NCBI RefSeq assembly: GCF_006345805.1
Contig: NC_043006.1
Span: 20,274,001-20,338,000, forward strand
Source of the DNA: Octopus sinensis
Lineage: Eukaryota
Direction of reading: 5' to 3'
Length of the DNA stretch: 64,000 nucleotides
In this document: positions 13,962-26,569 of the stretch, in pieces
Numbering within the stretch: the stretch's first letter is position 1
Layout: every line of letters starts with the position of its first letter
Notes under the pieces: model-generated
What the model saw: the letters and a program-made list of their open reading frames with translations, nothing else
What the model was told of the DNA's origin: nothing
Database searches by the model: none
Made by a program: the position numbers and the translations under genes

Positions 13962-14350
13962 GGCGCAGGAGTGGCTATGTGGTAAGTAGCTTGTTTACCA
14001 ACCACATGGTTCCGGGTTCAGTCCCACTGCGTGGCACCTTGGACAAGTGTCTTCTGCTATAGCCCTGGGCCGACCAAGGCCTTGTGAGCAGATTTGGTGG
14101 ACGGAAACTGAAAGAAGCCCACTATGTATGTGCGTGTTCGTGTGTCTGTGTTTGGCCCTCTAGCATTGCTTGACAACCAATGCTGGTGTGTTTACGTCTC
14201 TGTAACTTCGCTATTCGGCAAAAAAGAGACCGATAAAATAAGTAGTAGGCTTACAAAGAATAAGTCCCAGGGTCGATTTGCTCAACTAAAAGGTGGTGCT
14301 CCAGCATGGCCGCAGTCAAATGACTGAAACAAGTAAAAGAGAAAAGAGAG
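13962..14350 (+). mobile_element. SINE family A inserted in a piggyBac-like MITE
   Basis: Flanked by the 10-bp direct repeat ATATAAGCAT (13949-13958, 14351-14360). MITE sequence continues on both sides. Confidence 0.88.
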
Positions 14351-14817
14351 ATATAAGCATTAAGTTTGACTAATCTGAATGCTAAAGGGTTAAAACAAGT
14401 CTCATTGGACCAGGAGTAGAATTAAGTGGTTAATTCACTAAAAAAAAAAGAGAGATTGAGAGCAGTCATCAAAGTATTCATGGCATTACAGAATGTAGTG
14501 TGACAAATCAACTGTTTCAATTTTCATAGGCCGAGATTATTACAGATATTTGAATAATTTGAAAGCCTAGGGGTCGCTATGTGGTAAGAAGCTTGCTTCT
14601 CAACTACATGGTTCTGGGTTAAGTCCCACTGCATGGCACCTTGGGCAAGTGACCTCTGCTATAACCTCAGGCTAACCAAAACTTTGTGAGTGGATTTGGC
14701 AAACAGCTGAAAGAAGCCCATCGTATGGGTAAAACTAATTAATTACAAAGTAATCAATAAATTTCACCAAGTAGAATTCGATATGAAAACAGGACCGTTA
14801 TGCGGTAAATTCTAGTA

Positions 14818-15097
14818 ATACTAATATTGAGGGATCAGCAAAGGAATGCATCACCACATACCGAAGTTCAGAAATAGCAGCCAAAATCTAAGCCATTTCT
14901 TCTACTTAAAAAAGTCTACTAGAGAAACCATAATACTTGAATCTTATTCATCCAGGCAGGATGAATAAGGTTCAAGTATTATGGTTTCTCTGGTAGACCC
15001 TTTTTTTAAGTAGAAGAAATGGCTTAGATTTTGGCTGCTATTTCTGAACTTCGGTATGTGGTGATGCATTCCTTTGTTGATCCCTCAATATTAGTAT
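14818..15097. repeat. ~280-bp near-perfect palindrome
   Basis: Arms 14818-14953 and 14959-15097 with a 5-nt spacer AGGCA and few mismatches or indels. Confidence 0.93.
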
Positions 15098-15247
15098 ATA
15101 TATGTGTGTGTGTGTGTGTATGACTGTCCTCCACCAGTTTGACAATCAGTGTTGGTGTGTCTTTGTGTTTACTTAGCTATAACTTGTTGGTTCAGTAAAA
15201 GAGATAAATGGAATAAGTACCAGAGTTTTTTTTTAAAAAAAAGAGTA

Positions 15248-15533
15248 CATCATCATCATCATTTAACGTCCGTTCTCCATGCTAGCATGGGTTGGACGGT
15301 TCGACCGGGGATCTGGGAAGCCAGAAGGCTGCACCAGGCTCCAGTCTTATCTGGCAATGTTTCTACAGCTGGATGCCCTTCCTAACGCCAACCACTCGGT
15401 GAGTGTAGTGGGTGCTTTTTACGTGCCACTCACACAGGTGCCAGGCGAGGCTGGCAACGGCCACGGTCAGATTGGTGCATTTTACATGCCACCGGCTCGG
15501 AAGCCAGTCGAGGCGGCACTGGCTTCGGCCAAT
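15248..15533 (-). mobile_element. Retroposon family C copy with two 5' tandem units
   Basis: (ATC)n tail on +, core, repeated gccag..ctggc / ggtggcacgtaaaaagcacc units. Confidence 0.85.
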
Positions 15534-15651
15534 GGCTGTAGTTTAACGACTGAAACAAAGTATAAAAGATATAATCATGGAAACCATGAGGCTGATCAGT
15601 GTAGAGAGAAAATATGCTAATAATTCTGGAAGAATATTTCATAAGAATATA

Positions 15652-16039
15652 GGCGCAGGAGTGGCTGTGTGGTAAGTAGCTTGCTAACCAACCACATGGT
15701 TCCAGGTTCAGTCCCACTGCGTGGCATCTTGAGCAAGTGTCTTCTGCTATAGCACCGGGCGACCAATGCCTTGTGAGTGGATTTGGTAGACGGAAACTGA
15801 AAGAAGCCTGTCGTATATATGTATATATATATAAGTGTGTGTGTCTGTGTTTGTCCCTCTAGCATTGCTTGACAACCGATGCTGGTGTGTTTACGTCCCC
15901 GTCACTTAGCGGTTCGGCAAAAGAGACCGATAGAATAAGTACTGGACTTACAAAGAATAAGTCCCGGAATCGATTTGATCGACTAAAGGCGGTGCTCCAG
16001 CATGGCCGCAGTCAAATGACTGAAACAAGTAAAAGAGTA
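15652..16039 (+). mobile_element. SINE family A, full-length copy
   Basis: All modules intact. Confidence 0.9.
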
Positions 16040-17747
16040 TAGTTGTGAAGTTAAGTTTTCTTTCCAAGCAGATGGTTTTTGAATTCAGTGGTACATTGGA
16101 AAAGTGTCTTCTGCTATAGCTCATAGCCTGGGCTGCTCAAAGCCTTCGTAGCGGATTTGGTAGACAGAATCTGAAAGAATCCCATCATATGTGTACATAA
16201 CATATATGTCTTTTACTCTTTTCAGTCATTAGATTACAGCCATGCAGGGGCACTACCTTACCCCTTTAGCATTTAAACCAGCCATATCCGGCCAAAAGTA
16301 TTCTACCTATTTTATGTTCAAACAGGCTAGATCTGGTCTCTCACACCAACCCTACAATATCGTTTTGAAAATTAACAGCTACCTCATCAAAATCTCATAG
16401 CTACAAGATGATGCATGATTAGTTCAAAACAGTGTGGATAAAAAGGGATTAATTTTGGCAGAATAATGCGAACACTAAAGTGTCAAAGAATTTTTAGTCA
16501 AATGTTTTCTTTCAAGGCCTGGCACTTATTCTATCAATCTCTGCTGCTGACACACGAACAGTGTCAAGAGGTGGTGAAGGACAAACACAGACACACATAT
16601 AGGTATGTATATTTATACGATTGGTTTCTTTCAGTTTCCATCGATCAAATCCACTCACAAGGCTTTAGTCAGCCCAAGGTGCCATGCACTGTAACTGAAC
16701 CTGAAACCATGAGACTGGGAAGCAAGTTCTTACAACACAGCCAACGTCATTTAACATCTATGTTCCATGCTGACATGGGTTGGACTGTGTGACAGGATCT
16801 AATGACCCAAGGACTGCATCAAGTCCACATGTCAGAATGCCCTTCCTAATACCAATCACTTTACAATAGTACTATTGAGGTTGCCATGCAACTTGCAAGT
16901 ATAAATGTGGGTTTGTGTGCTTGAAACTTGTCTTGACATTGTGCAATTGTTGTAAAGGAGCATCACCATCATACAAGTGGTGTCCTTCATTTCCAGTCTT
17001 CCAAGAAAATATCTTGGCTGGAAGCAGATTGAAGGTTGGCAAAAGGAAGGGCGCTTGGTCACAGAACCATAGAAAAATCTGCCTTAAATTTGGAGCAATA
17101 TGAAATGGAAGTACCTTGCTCAAGGACTCAACTTACTGTCCAGTCTAGGAATCGAACCCTTGATCTTAACAATCCCACCGCTCTAACTCCTAGGCATAAA
17201 AGTAACATTTGATGGTGAGTGGGTGGAGGTGGTGACAAGTTGATTGCATTGATATCAGCACCTTAACTGCTATTTTATTGCTGTCGACCTGAAAATAATT
17301 AAAGCTAAGTTGATCGCAACAGGATTTGAACTCAGAACATGAAAAGAGTTGCAGTTTAAACACTACAAGGAATTTCAGTGCTCTAATGATTCTGCTAATT
17401 AATTGCTTGTAGCTGTGACACATAATGATAGAACATTACATGTCTGTCATTGTGCCTGACACAAATCGAAGGAGCATGTCTTAGGTCAGTGATGTGACTG
17501 TTTAATAATACTCATCATCCATAGGTCTTCTATATGTGTGGCAGGACATCTTGTCTTTGGAGAAACACTCTACTTAATTGTAACTTATAGTTTTTCTTTA
17601 AAATTTGTCAGTAAAAATGAAAAAAAGTGATAAATACAAACATTATTCAACAGCTACTGCAACCCTCTTGATACCAAACTGCCAGAGACAGTCCTTGGCT
17701 TTTTGATACAGATTTCCTGTTTTAAAGGTTATAAGCTAGTATTTAAT

Positions 17748-18065
17748 AATATAATAATGAAATTATTGTATACAGTGCTCAGGTGCACCACAACTTGTCA
17801 GAAAGTGCATATAAAGTATATGCAGTAATGTAGAAATGTCTAGAAAGCGAACAATGTATGAGTCAGATACAAGCTTGTGTGTGTATGGAGGGGAGAAAAT
17901 CAAGTGTAGTGTTGGCGAATCTCAGGAAGCATGGAAGTTTTGAAGGATGCAGTGCTCCGACAACTAACAACTGATGCCGGCAGTTTGTTCCATGCTTCAG
18001 CAACTCTCAGTGTGAAAAAATGTTTCCTGAAGTCATGGGAGCTGTGCTGTTTTCTACTTTGTAAA
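17748..18065 (-). mobile_element. 3' end of a CR1/L2-group LINE (family D)
   Basis: Encodes RKQHSSHDFRKHFFTLRVAEAWNKLPASVVSCRSTASFK (RT C-terminal region), 3' UTR, (ATT)n tail. Confidence 0.85.
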
Positions 18066-18480
18066 TAGGTTGTAATTTCCCAACCTATTTTCCCTTCAGG
18101 CCCCAATGTAACTCTAGGAAAATGTATGCCCACTGGTAGTTAGAAAAAACAAGTTTATTTTTAATATTTATCACATTTAATACAAAAGAATCTACCAATA
18201 ACTCTTTTATTAGGTACTAAGAATATTTTTTTTTTAAAAGTATATCATTGACTACGAGGAAAAAAGATTTTGGCAATTCCATTAAATAAAAAAACATTTT
18301 GGATTTCACATCCCACCACAATTTTCCCTTGTCCCACATTGAGAATCACAGATTTAATCTATACAGTACCCTTCCTTTAGTGTTGTCTCAAGTCCTAGCA
18401 ATCACTCATAGGATGTTTCCATGGTATACAAGTGACCCTTATCACAACGTTCTCCGGATACCAGTCTGTCGTAGGTTTAG

Positions 18481-18730
18481 CCGCCTCGACTGGCTTCTAT
18501 GCTGGTGGTACATAAAAAGCACCAACCGATCGAGGCCACTGCCAGCCTCCCCTGGCATGTAAAAAGCACCCACTACACTCACGGAGTGGTTGGCGTTAGG
18601 AAGGGCATCCAGCTGTAGAAACATTGCCAGATCAGACTGGAGCCTGGTGCAGCCTCCTGGCTTCCCAGACCCCGGTCAAACCATCCAACCCGTACTAGCA
18701 CGGAAAACGGACGTTAAACGATGATGATGA
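18481..18730 (+). mobile_element. Retroposon family C copy
   Basis: Units, core and (GAT)n tail. Confidence 0.85.
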
Positions 18731-18785
18731 GCTCAATGGTACTGCAGCACATGAAATGAAGTGTTTTTGTTCAGTTTATTCCAAA

Positions 18786-19001
18786 GGCGGCGAGCTGGCA
18801 GAAACGTTAGCACGCCGGGCAAAATACTTAGAGGTATTTCGTCTGCCACTACGTTCTGAGTTCAAATTCCGCCGAAGTCGACTTTGCCTTTCATCCTTTC
18901 GGGGTCGATAAATTAAGTACCAGTTACGCACTAGGGTCGATATAATCGACTTAATCCGTTTGTCTGTCCTTGTTTGGCCCCTTGTGGGTAGTAAAGAAAT
19001 A
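18786..19001 (+). mobile_element. SINE family B, full-length, with 48-bp target-site duplication
   Basis: tRNA-like head (GAGCTGGCAGAA / GAGTTCAAATTCC). Central gcctttcatcctttcggggtcgataaattaagtacca resembles the Deu/Nin domain (from memory). Direct repeats at 18738-18785 and 19002-19049. Confidence 0.9.
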
Positions 19002-19180
19002 GGTACTGCTGCACATGAAATGAAGTGTTTTTGTTCAGTTTATTCCAAACTTCAGCTTAATAGTAAAGTTTTCTTACTAACTGTTTCGTTATTTTCAAAA
19101 TTAATTGAAAGAAAAACAGGGTATTTCAACAGAAGTAATGGTAAAAAGATAAGTTAAATTGAAAAAAACCCAAAAAATTT

Positions 19181-19575
19181 GTGGCTGTGTGGTAAGTAGC
19201 TTGCCTACCAACCACATGGTTCTGGGTTCAGTCCCACTGCGTGGCATCTTGGGCAAGTGTCTTCTGCTATAGCCCTGGGCCGACCAATGCCTTGTGAGTG
19301 GATTTGGTAGACGGAAACTGAAAGAAGCCTGGCGTATATATGTATATATATATATATGTTTGTGTGTCTGTGTTTGTCCCTCTAGCATTGCTTGACAACT
19401 GATGCTGGTGTGTTTACGTCCCCGTCACTTAGCGGTTCGGCAAAAGAGACCGATAGAATAAGTACTGGGCTTACAAAGAATAAGTCCCGGGGTCGATTTG
19501 CTCAACTAAAGGCGGTGCTCCAGCATGGCCGCAGTCAAATGACTGAAACAACTAAAAGACTAAAGACTAAAAAAA
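19181..19575 (+). mobile_element. SINE family A copy
   Basis: Nearly full-length with an (AAGACTA)n-type tail. Confidence 0.88.
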
Positions 19576-20262
19576 CATACTGAAACCACTGTAGGAGCGA
19601 CAATATTGTATGGAAGAAATGGATCAAGGGAAAATAACTTTAATTATAATCCATATTGGAGTTATATACCTTGAAACACTATCTATAACTAGGGACACCC
19701 TCTGCGATGTTTCATATTTTCAGTTAATTTAGAAATAATGGTTTTAAGATCAAAATTTTTCTGCTTTTATAAAAAATTTATCTTTTAAATGTATGTAAGT
19801 TTAACTTCATTGTAGGTGCAAGCATGGTCGTGTGGTTAAGAAGTGTACTTCATAACCATCTGGTCTCAAGTTCAATCCAACTATACAGTACCTCGAGTAA
19901 GCGTCTTCTATTATAGCATTGGGTTGACCAATGCCTTGTAAGGGAAATCAGTTGATAGAAACCTATTGTGGAAGCCTATTGTAGATATGCAAGGCTGTGT
20001 GGAATAAGAGATCCTTTATTTGGATAAAAAGGTAACATTAAGAAGGGATACCTGGCTTTATTACCATGTTTCAAATAACATATTCATCTAATCCAGTGAT
20101 TCTGAGTCAGGATCCATACGACCCCTGAGCGTCCATATAAGATTTTTGCGAGGTCCATGCAAGCAAAATAAGTAAATCAAGGGTCTGTGAAATTTTGCTT
20201 TAGATATGTTTTTTGAAAGAAACTTAGTGGTTTCTTTCTCAAATGTTTACACAGTTCAACCT

Positions 20263-20505
20263 TGTTGTTTGTTCCTTCTCAAGCCATGCCTGGATCATAA
20301 GGGCCGGTTTCCCGGTTTCTTGGCGTATAGGCTCCCCACCTGGATGGGACGCCGGTCCGGCGCAGGTGAGCTGCAAGATGCAGGAGGAAAGAGTGAGAGA
20401 AAGTTGTGGTGAAAGAGTCAGCAGAAGTTCGCCATTACCTTCTGTCGGAGCCGCGTGGAGCTTAGGTGTTTTCACTCATAAACACACACATCGCCCGGTC
20501 TGAGA
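20263..20505 (-). mobile_element. SINE family E copy, head truncated at the LINE junction
   Basis: Shared E body, then cacctgcgccggaccggcgtcccatccagg (V-domain-like, from memory) and an (AAC)-rich tail. Confidence 0.7.
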
Positions 20506-22205
20506 TGGCTACCTCACAGGAAACCCCCACGAGGATAAGTGAAATACTGAACGACCAGTTCCAAAGTGTGTTCACTACACCTCTAGGACACAGGCAAGTA
20601 AACAACCCAGAAGAATTCTTTGCCACTTTACCTGTGGCTAAAGAGGCAAAAATTGAGTACATCGCCATAGATGAGATTGACACAAACTCAGCTGCTGGAC
20701 CTGATGGATTTCCAGTGATCCTTCTCATATTGTGCAAACGAGTCCTTGCAAAACTGCTACAGCTTCTTTTTCAGAGCTTTCTTGCAAGTGGTAAGCTCCC
20801 AGTCAAATTGAAAGAGGGGGTAATATGCCCTATCCATAAGGGAGGAAGCAGAGCAGAACCTAAAAATTATAGGCCTATCTCTCTGACCTCATACATCAGC
20901 AAAGTCATGGAATGAATAGTCCGCAAAAAACTAATCATGTTCCTTGAAGAAAATGACTTGCTGACTGACACCCAGCATGGATTTCGACCAGGTAGAAGCT
21001 GCCTAACACAGCTCTTGCAACACTATGACTGGGTGTTAAAACAGCTACTAAATGGCTCAAATGTGGATGTGATATATCTCGACTTTGCAAAGGCCTTTGA
21101 TAAAGTCGAACATGGAATGATATGTCACAAACTGCGTGATCTTGGCATGGGCGGAAAACTTGGAGAGTGGCTGCACAACTTCCTAAAAGATAGAAAGCAG
21201 GCAGTTGTGACCAATGGAGCCACCTCCAAGGAAACACAAATAACAAGCAGTGTTCCACAGGGCACTGTCTTGGGGCCACTGCTGTTCATAGTGGCCCTTT
21301 CAGACATGCTCTCAGTTGCTAAGATGGCCACCCTTGCTAGCTATGCAGAGGACACAAAAGTCTCCCACACAATACAAAACCCTGGAAATATTGCACATCT
21401 TCAACAGGAGTTGGATACAATATACAGGTGGGCTGCGGACAACAACATGCAGTTTAATGCAGGTAAGTTCCAGGCCCTGTACTACTGGCACACAAAGGTA
21501 AACAACATGCAGACTGGATACACTGGCCCCGGAAAAATTGTAATTCCTGAGTCAAAATCAGTGCGTGACCTGGGCATTGACACGAGTAATGATGCATCTT
21601 TCCAAGTGCATATTACTAATTTGGTGATAAAATGCAGACGGTTAGCTGGATGGATTCTCTGAACTTTCAGAACAAGAGAGAAGGAGACACTGATGGTCCT
21701 GTGGAAAACTTTCATCCTCAGCCGCTTGGACTACTGCTCCCAACTTTGGTCGCCACACAATATAAAGCTAACAGCAGAACTCAAAGCGATTCAAAGAAGC
21801 TACACTAAGAAGATCGTCTCAATGCAACATATCAGCTACTGGGAAAGACTGAAAGTATTAAAACTCTTCTCCCTAGAGTGAAGGCCGGAGAGATATGCGG
21901 TGATATACATCTGGAAAATCCTGGAGGGTCTTGTCCCAAACTTTGGTATTCAAAGTTACCCCAACCGCAGAACGGGGTGCCACTGCGTGGTGCCAAAGAT
22001 TCCAACATCACCATCAAAATACAGAACCAGATACTGCAACAGCTTGGGTTTCAGAGGACCACAGCTCTTCAACATCCTCCCTAAATGCCTGAGAGACTTG
22101 CATGGTGTGGATGTGGGTTTCTTTAAAACTAAACTGGATCTCTTCTTGTCGGGGGTCCCAGATGAACCTACCTCTCGGCAGGAGACACAGATACGGGCAG
22201 CGTAT
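20505..22205 (+). pseudogene. 5'-truncated CR1/L2-group LINE ORF2 relic (RT domain), copy 1
   Basis: Motifs QHGFRPGRSCLTQLL, YLDFAKAFDKV, SVPQGTVLGPLLF and YAEDTK. One frame broken by TGA at 20913, 21660 and 21879. Confidence 0.93.
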
Positions 22206-22374
22206 CAGAGGTGGGTTCACATACTAGTGTAGCTCATTCAGTGGTGGTGCTCCAGCATGGTCGCAGCCTTCAGGCTGAAACAATTTTAAGGATTTATATA
22301 TATACATATATGTATGTATGTAAGTATGTATGTATGTGTATATATATATATATATATGTTTTATTCTATTTTAT

Positions 22375-24600
22375 CTAGTTTCAGCTCACGAGCTGTGGCC
22401 ATGCTGGGGCACCGCCATTTGGTGTTGCTACATGATTTTACTTCATGAATGCTTTTTAGCAACTGCCATTTGGTGCATGAGAGAGTTCGATGCAGCTGCC
22501 CTCATCTGCACCTCCTGCTGTGAAGTTGGATCATCTGGGACACCTGACAGGAAGAGATCCAGTTTTATTTTAAAGACATCTGCATCCACCCCATGCAGGT
22601 CTCTCAGGTTCATCGGGAGGATATTGAAGAGCTGTGGGCCTCTGAAGCCCAGGTTATCACAGTATCTTGTCCTACATCTTGATGGCAAATTTGGAGTCCT
22701 TGGCACCATGCAGTGTAACTTGCAATGCCAAAGTTTGGGACAAGTCCTTCTAGGATCTTCCAGATGTATATTATGGCATATCTTTCTCGCCTATGCTCTA
22801 AGGAATAGAGTCTTAATCTCTTGAGTCTTTCCCAGTAGCTTTATATGCTGCACAGAGGCTATCTTCTTCGTGTAGCTTCGTTTTTGATTAACTTGACACT
22901 GGATGGTGACCATAGCTGAGAGCAATAGTCAAAGTGGCTTAGGATAAGTGTCCTCCAGAGGACCATCATGGTTTCTTGGTCTCTTGTTCTAAAGGCTCTA
23001 AGAATCCATCTGGTCAGCCGCCTACATTTCATTGCCAATTTAGCAATATGCACATGAAAGGCTGCATCATCACTCTTGTAAATGCCCAGGTCTCACACTG
23101 ATTGTGCCTCTGGGATTGCAATCCCTCCAGGTCCCATGTATTTATTGGGTATTGCATTTAGTTTTGCATGCTGATAGCATAAAGCTTGAAACTTTTCAGC
23201 ATTGAACTGCATGCTATTCTTTTCAGCCCACTTGTATATTTTGTCCAGCTCACATTGCAGGTGCATAGTGTCTTCAGGGTTCCGTATTGCCTGTGAAACT
23301 TTTGTATCATCTGCATAACTTGTGATCGTGGCTCTCCGCGTGGCTGAGGGCATGTCTGAGAGGGCCATTATGAACAGTAGTGGTCCCAAAACAGTGCCTT
23401 GTGGAACACCGCTCACTATTTGCGTGTTATTGGAGGTGGCCCCATTGGCTACTACCACCTGACTTCTATCCTTCAGAAAGTCATGAAGCCATTCTCCCAG
23501 TTTTCCAACTATGCCAAGGTCATGCAGTTTGTGACATATCATTCCATGTTTGACTTTATCAAAGGCCTTTGCAAAGTCGAGATATATCACTTCCACATTT
23601 GAGTGGTTGAGCAGTCGTTTCAGCACCCAGTCATAGTGTTGTAGGAGCTGAGTTAGGCAGCTTCTTCCTGGTCGGAAACCATGTTGGGTGTCAGGCAGCA
23701 AGTCATTTTCAAGGGAGGTGATTAGTTTCCTTCTGACTATTCGTTCCATGACCTTGCTGATGTGTGAGGTCAGAGAGATAGGTCTGTAGTTCTTGGCCTC
23801 CGCTCTGCTACCTCCTTTATGAATAGGCCATATTTTACCTTCCTTCAGTTTTCTTGGAAGTTTGCCAGTTGCAAGGAAGCTCTGAAAGAAGAACTGCAGT
23901 GGTCTTGCTAGGACTCTCTTACATACTTTTAGAAGGATTGCTGGGAATCCATCGGAGCCAGTAGCTGAGTTTGTTTTCATTTCATCTATAGCCTTTATTA
24001 CATCGTCTTCCTTTATATTGATGTAATCAATCATCGCTGCCTCTGATTTTATGGATTGCTGACTTGAAAATGCCCTAGGGGTGGAGTGAAAATACTCTTG
24101 AATTGCTTATTTAGTATTTCACTTATTGGATTTCCTGTGAGTGTGCCATCCTTTTCAAGGAGTGGCCCTATCCTACAGTGCACCGTAGCTGTTTCTTTGG
24201 CATACCTGTAGAAAGCTCTGGGGTTAGATTTTATGTTGTCTATAGCCCTGGCTTCTTTGTCTGCTCTTTCTTTTTCATGGGAGAGTTGCAGACATTTTTC
24301 AATTTCCAACAGTTTTATTTTCAGGCGGAATTTTCACTGCTTTCAATTTGTTTGTTTAGGCGATTTGAAACTTTTGTACGCTGTCTCATTAGAATTTCCC
24401 TCTCTCTGGGACACATTTGTAGCATATAGCTTGCATTACAGACATGAATTGTTGAAGTTTCACGTCAATGTCTGGTGAGGCGAGACATTCAGGCCAGTTT
24501 GTTTCCAGTTTACCTTGTGGAAGTTCAAGCTGAAAAGATTCTGAGAGTTTCTTGTAGACTGCATCTCCATGTTTTCGTTTGTATGTTAATGAATGAGCTG
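22375..24600 (-). pseudogene. CR1/L2-group LINE relic, copy 2 (linker, RT, 3' UTR)
   Basis: 313-aa RT segment (23093-24034) with GVPQGTVLGPLLF and YADDTK. Frameshifts and deletions on both sides. 3' stem-loop at 22382-22395. Confidence 0.93.
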
Positions 24601-25208
24601 TGACATCCCTAGTGCCAAGCTGTATCGGCCTTTGCCTTTCCCTTGGATAACATAGGTGGCATGGAGAGGGGAGGCTGGTCTTCCATCGACAACCTTGCCC
24701 AGACTTGTGCCTTGGAGGGTAACTCTCTAGGAGCAATCCCATGGTCATTCATGACCGAAGTGGGTCACAACATATCATTCCCTCCCTCTCTTCTAAACTG
24801 AATAGTCATGTAGATCTTCTGTTACAAAAAACAGTTGTGATTAAGCCCCTTCTCTTGTACTTTAACCCCTCATCTCCTAGTATAAAGCTACTCTACTTCC
24901 CTGGGGTTTGTAGTTTTAAAAGCTGCGTGGGTGACATCACTACTGCTGGCAACATGAAAAAAAGCACCCATCACATGCTATGAAGTGGTTGGTCTTAGGA
25001 AGGGCATCCAGGTGTAGAAACCATGACAAAGCAGGCACTGGAGCATAATGCAGTCCTTGGACCCATCAGATCCTGTCAAACCATTCAACCGATGCCAGTA
25101 TGGAATATGGCTGTTAAATGATGATGACAATGGTTTATCATTTAATAAATATAGAAATGAGTGAATTATTTTTTCTAGTATGGTTAGAGATGTTTGATTT
25201 TTGACATA

Positions 25209-25611
25209 GGCGCAGGAGCGGCTGTGTGGTAAGTAGCTTGTTTACCAACCACATGGTTCCGGGTTCAGTCCCACTGCGTGGCATCTTGGGCAAGTGTCTT
25301 CTACTATAGCCTCGGGCCGACCAATGCCTTGTGAGTGGATTTGGTAGACGGAAACTGAAAGAAGTCCGTCGTATATATGTATATATATGTGTATGTGTGT
25401 GTATATGTTTGTGTGTCTGTGTTTGTCCCCCTAGCATTGCTTGACAACTGATGCTGGTGTGTTTACGTCCCCGTCACTTAGCGGTTCAGCAAAAGAGACC
25501 GATAGAATAAGTTCTGGGCTTACAAAAGAATAAGTCCCGGGTCGAGTTGCTCGATTAAAGGCGGTGCTCCAGCATGGCCACACTCAAATGACTGAAACAA
25601 GTAAAAGAGTA
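25209..25611 (+). mobile_element. SINE family A, full-length copy
   Basis: All modules intact. Confidence 0.9.
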
Positions 25612-25885
25612 TATCTTTGGAAGTTTCGTATTTGTACGGAGCTGATTTCTGACATTGAAACAAGATCACAAATTTTAGAGTTGGATGTCATCAATGATAC
25701 TAATTTTGTCGACAGCAGGAGGATGTAAGGCAAGATGACTTTGAACAAGACACTGAGGTGGCAGATCTATTAGTATACTGGGCAGTATGTTTAGTAAACG
25801 TTTCATTCATTTTTATGTTCTGAGTTCAAATCTCACCAAGGTTGACATTGCCTTTTATCCTTTCAAGCTCAGTAAATAAGTACCA

Positions 25886-26099
25886 ATTTCTTTACTACCC
25901 ACAAGGGGACAAACAAGGACAAACACACGGATTAAGTCGATTACATTGACTCCAGTGCGTAACTGGTACTTAATTTATCGAACCCGAAAGGATGAAAGGC
26001 AAAGTTGACCTCGGCGGAATTTGAACTCAGAACGTAACAGCAGACGAAATACCGCTAAGCATTTCGCCCGGCGTGCTAAGGGTTCTGCCAACTCGCCGT
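25886..26099 (-). mobile_element. SINE family B nested antisense in an older B-like relic
   Basis: 15-bp direct repeat AGTAAATAAGTACCA at 25871-25885 and 26100-26114. The host element continues on both sides. Confidence 0.85.
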
Positions 26100-26569
26100 A
26101 GTAAATAAGTACCAGTTGAACACTGGGTTCAATGTAATCTTATCCCCTCACACGAAATTACTGGCTTTGTGCCAAAATTTGAAATCAGTATAGAGCTTGA
26201 ATCCATTTGCAAGGCTCTGGTTGGTGAGGAGCTATAGTAGCAGATACCTAATCTGTTACACAGTGGGACTGAGGACTGAGACCAACGCTACATGGTTGGG
26301 AAGCAGGCTTCTTTATTTCATTCAATTTGCCACAAAGGCATCACACAGATAGAAGCTTTGCGGGCTGGACAGGGACATTAATGGGATGAATGATAATGAT
26401 GCAAAAATGATGATAATGGGAGAAGACGAAAAGTGCCCGCCGACTTTCGCTTCTCTAAAACATTGTTCTTTTTTCTTTTTTATAGAAAACACAACGAGGC
26501 AATAAAATTCTTACATAAAAAACACAATGTTCAGAATTCTTTTTTTTCTTTTTAAAACACAATGAGGCC

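Noticed and set aside
23093-24034. 313-aa RT ORF as an intact or domesticated gene
   Set aside because: It is flanked by frameshifts and deletions, lacks an endonuclease domain, and is a decayed LINE copy.
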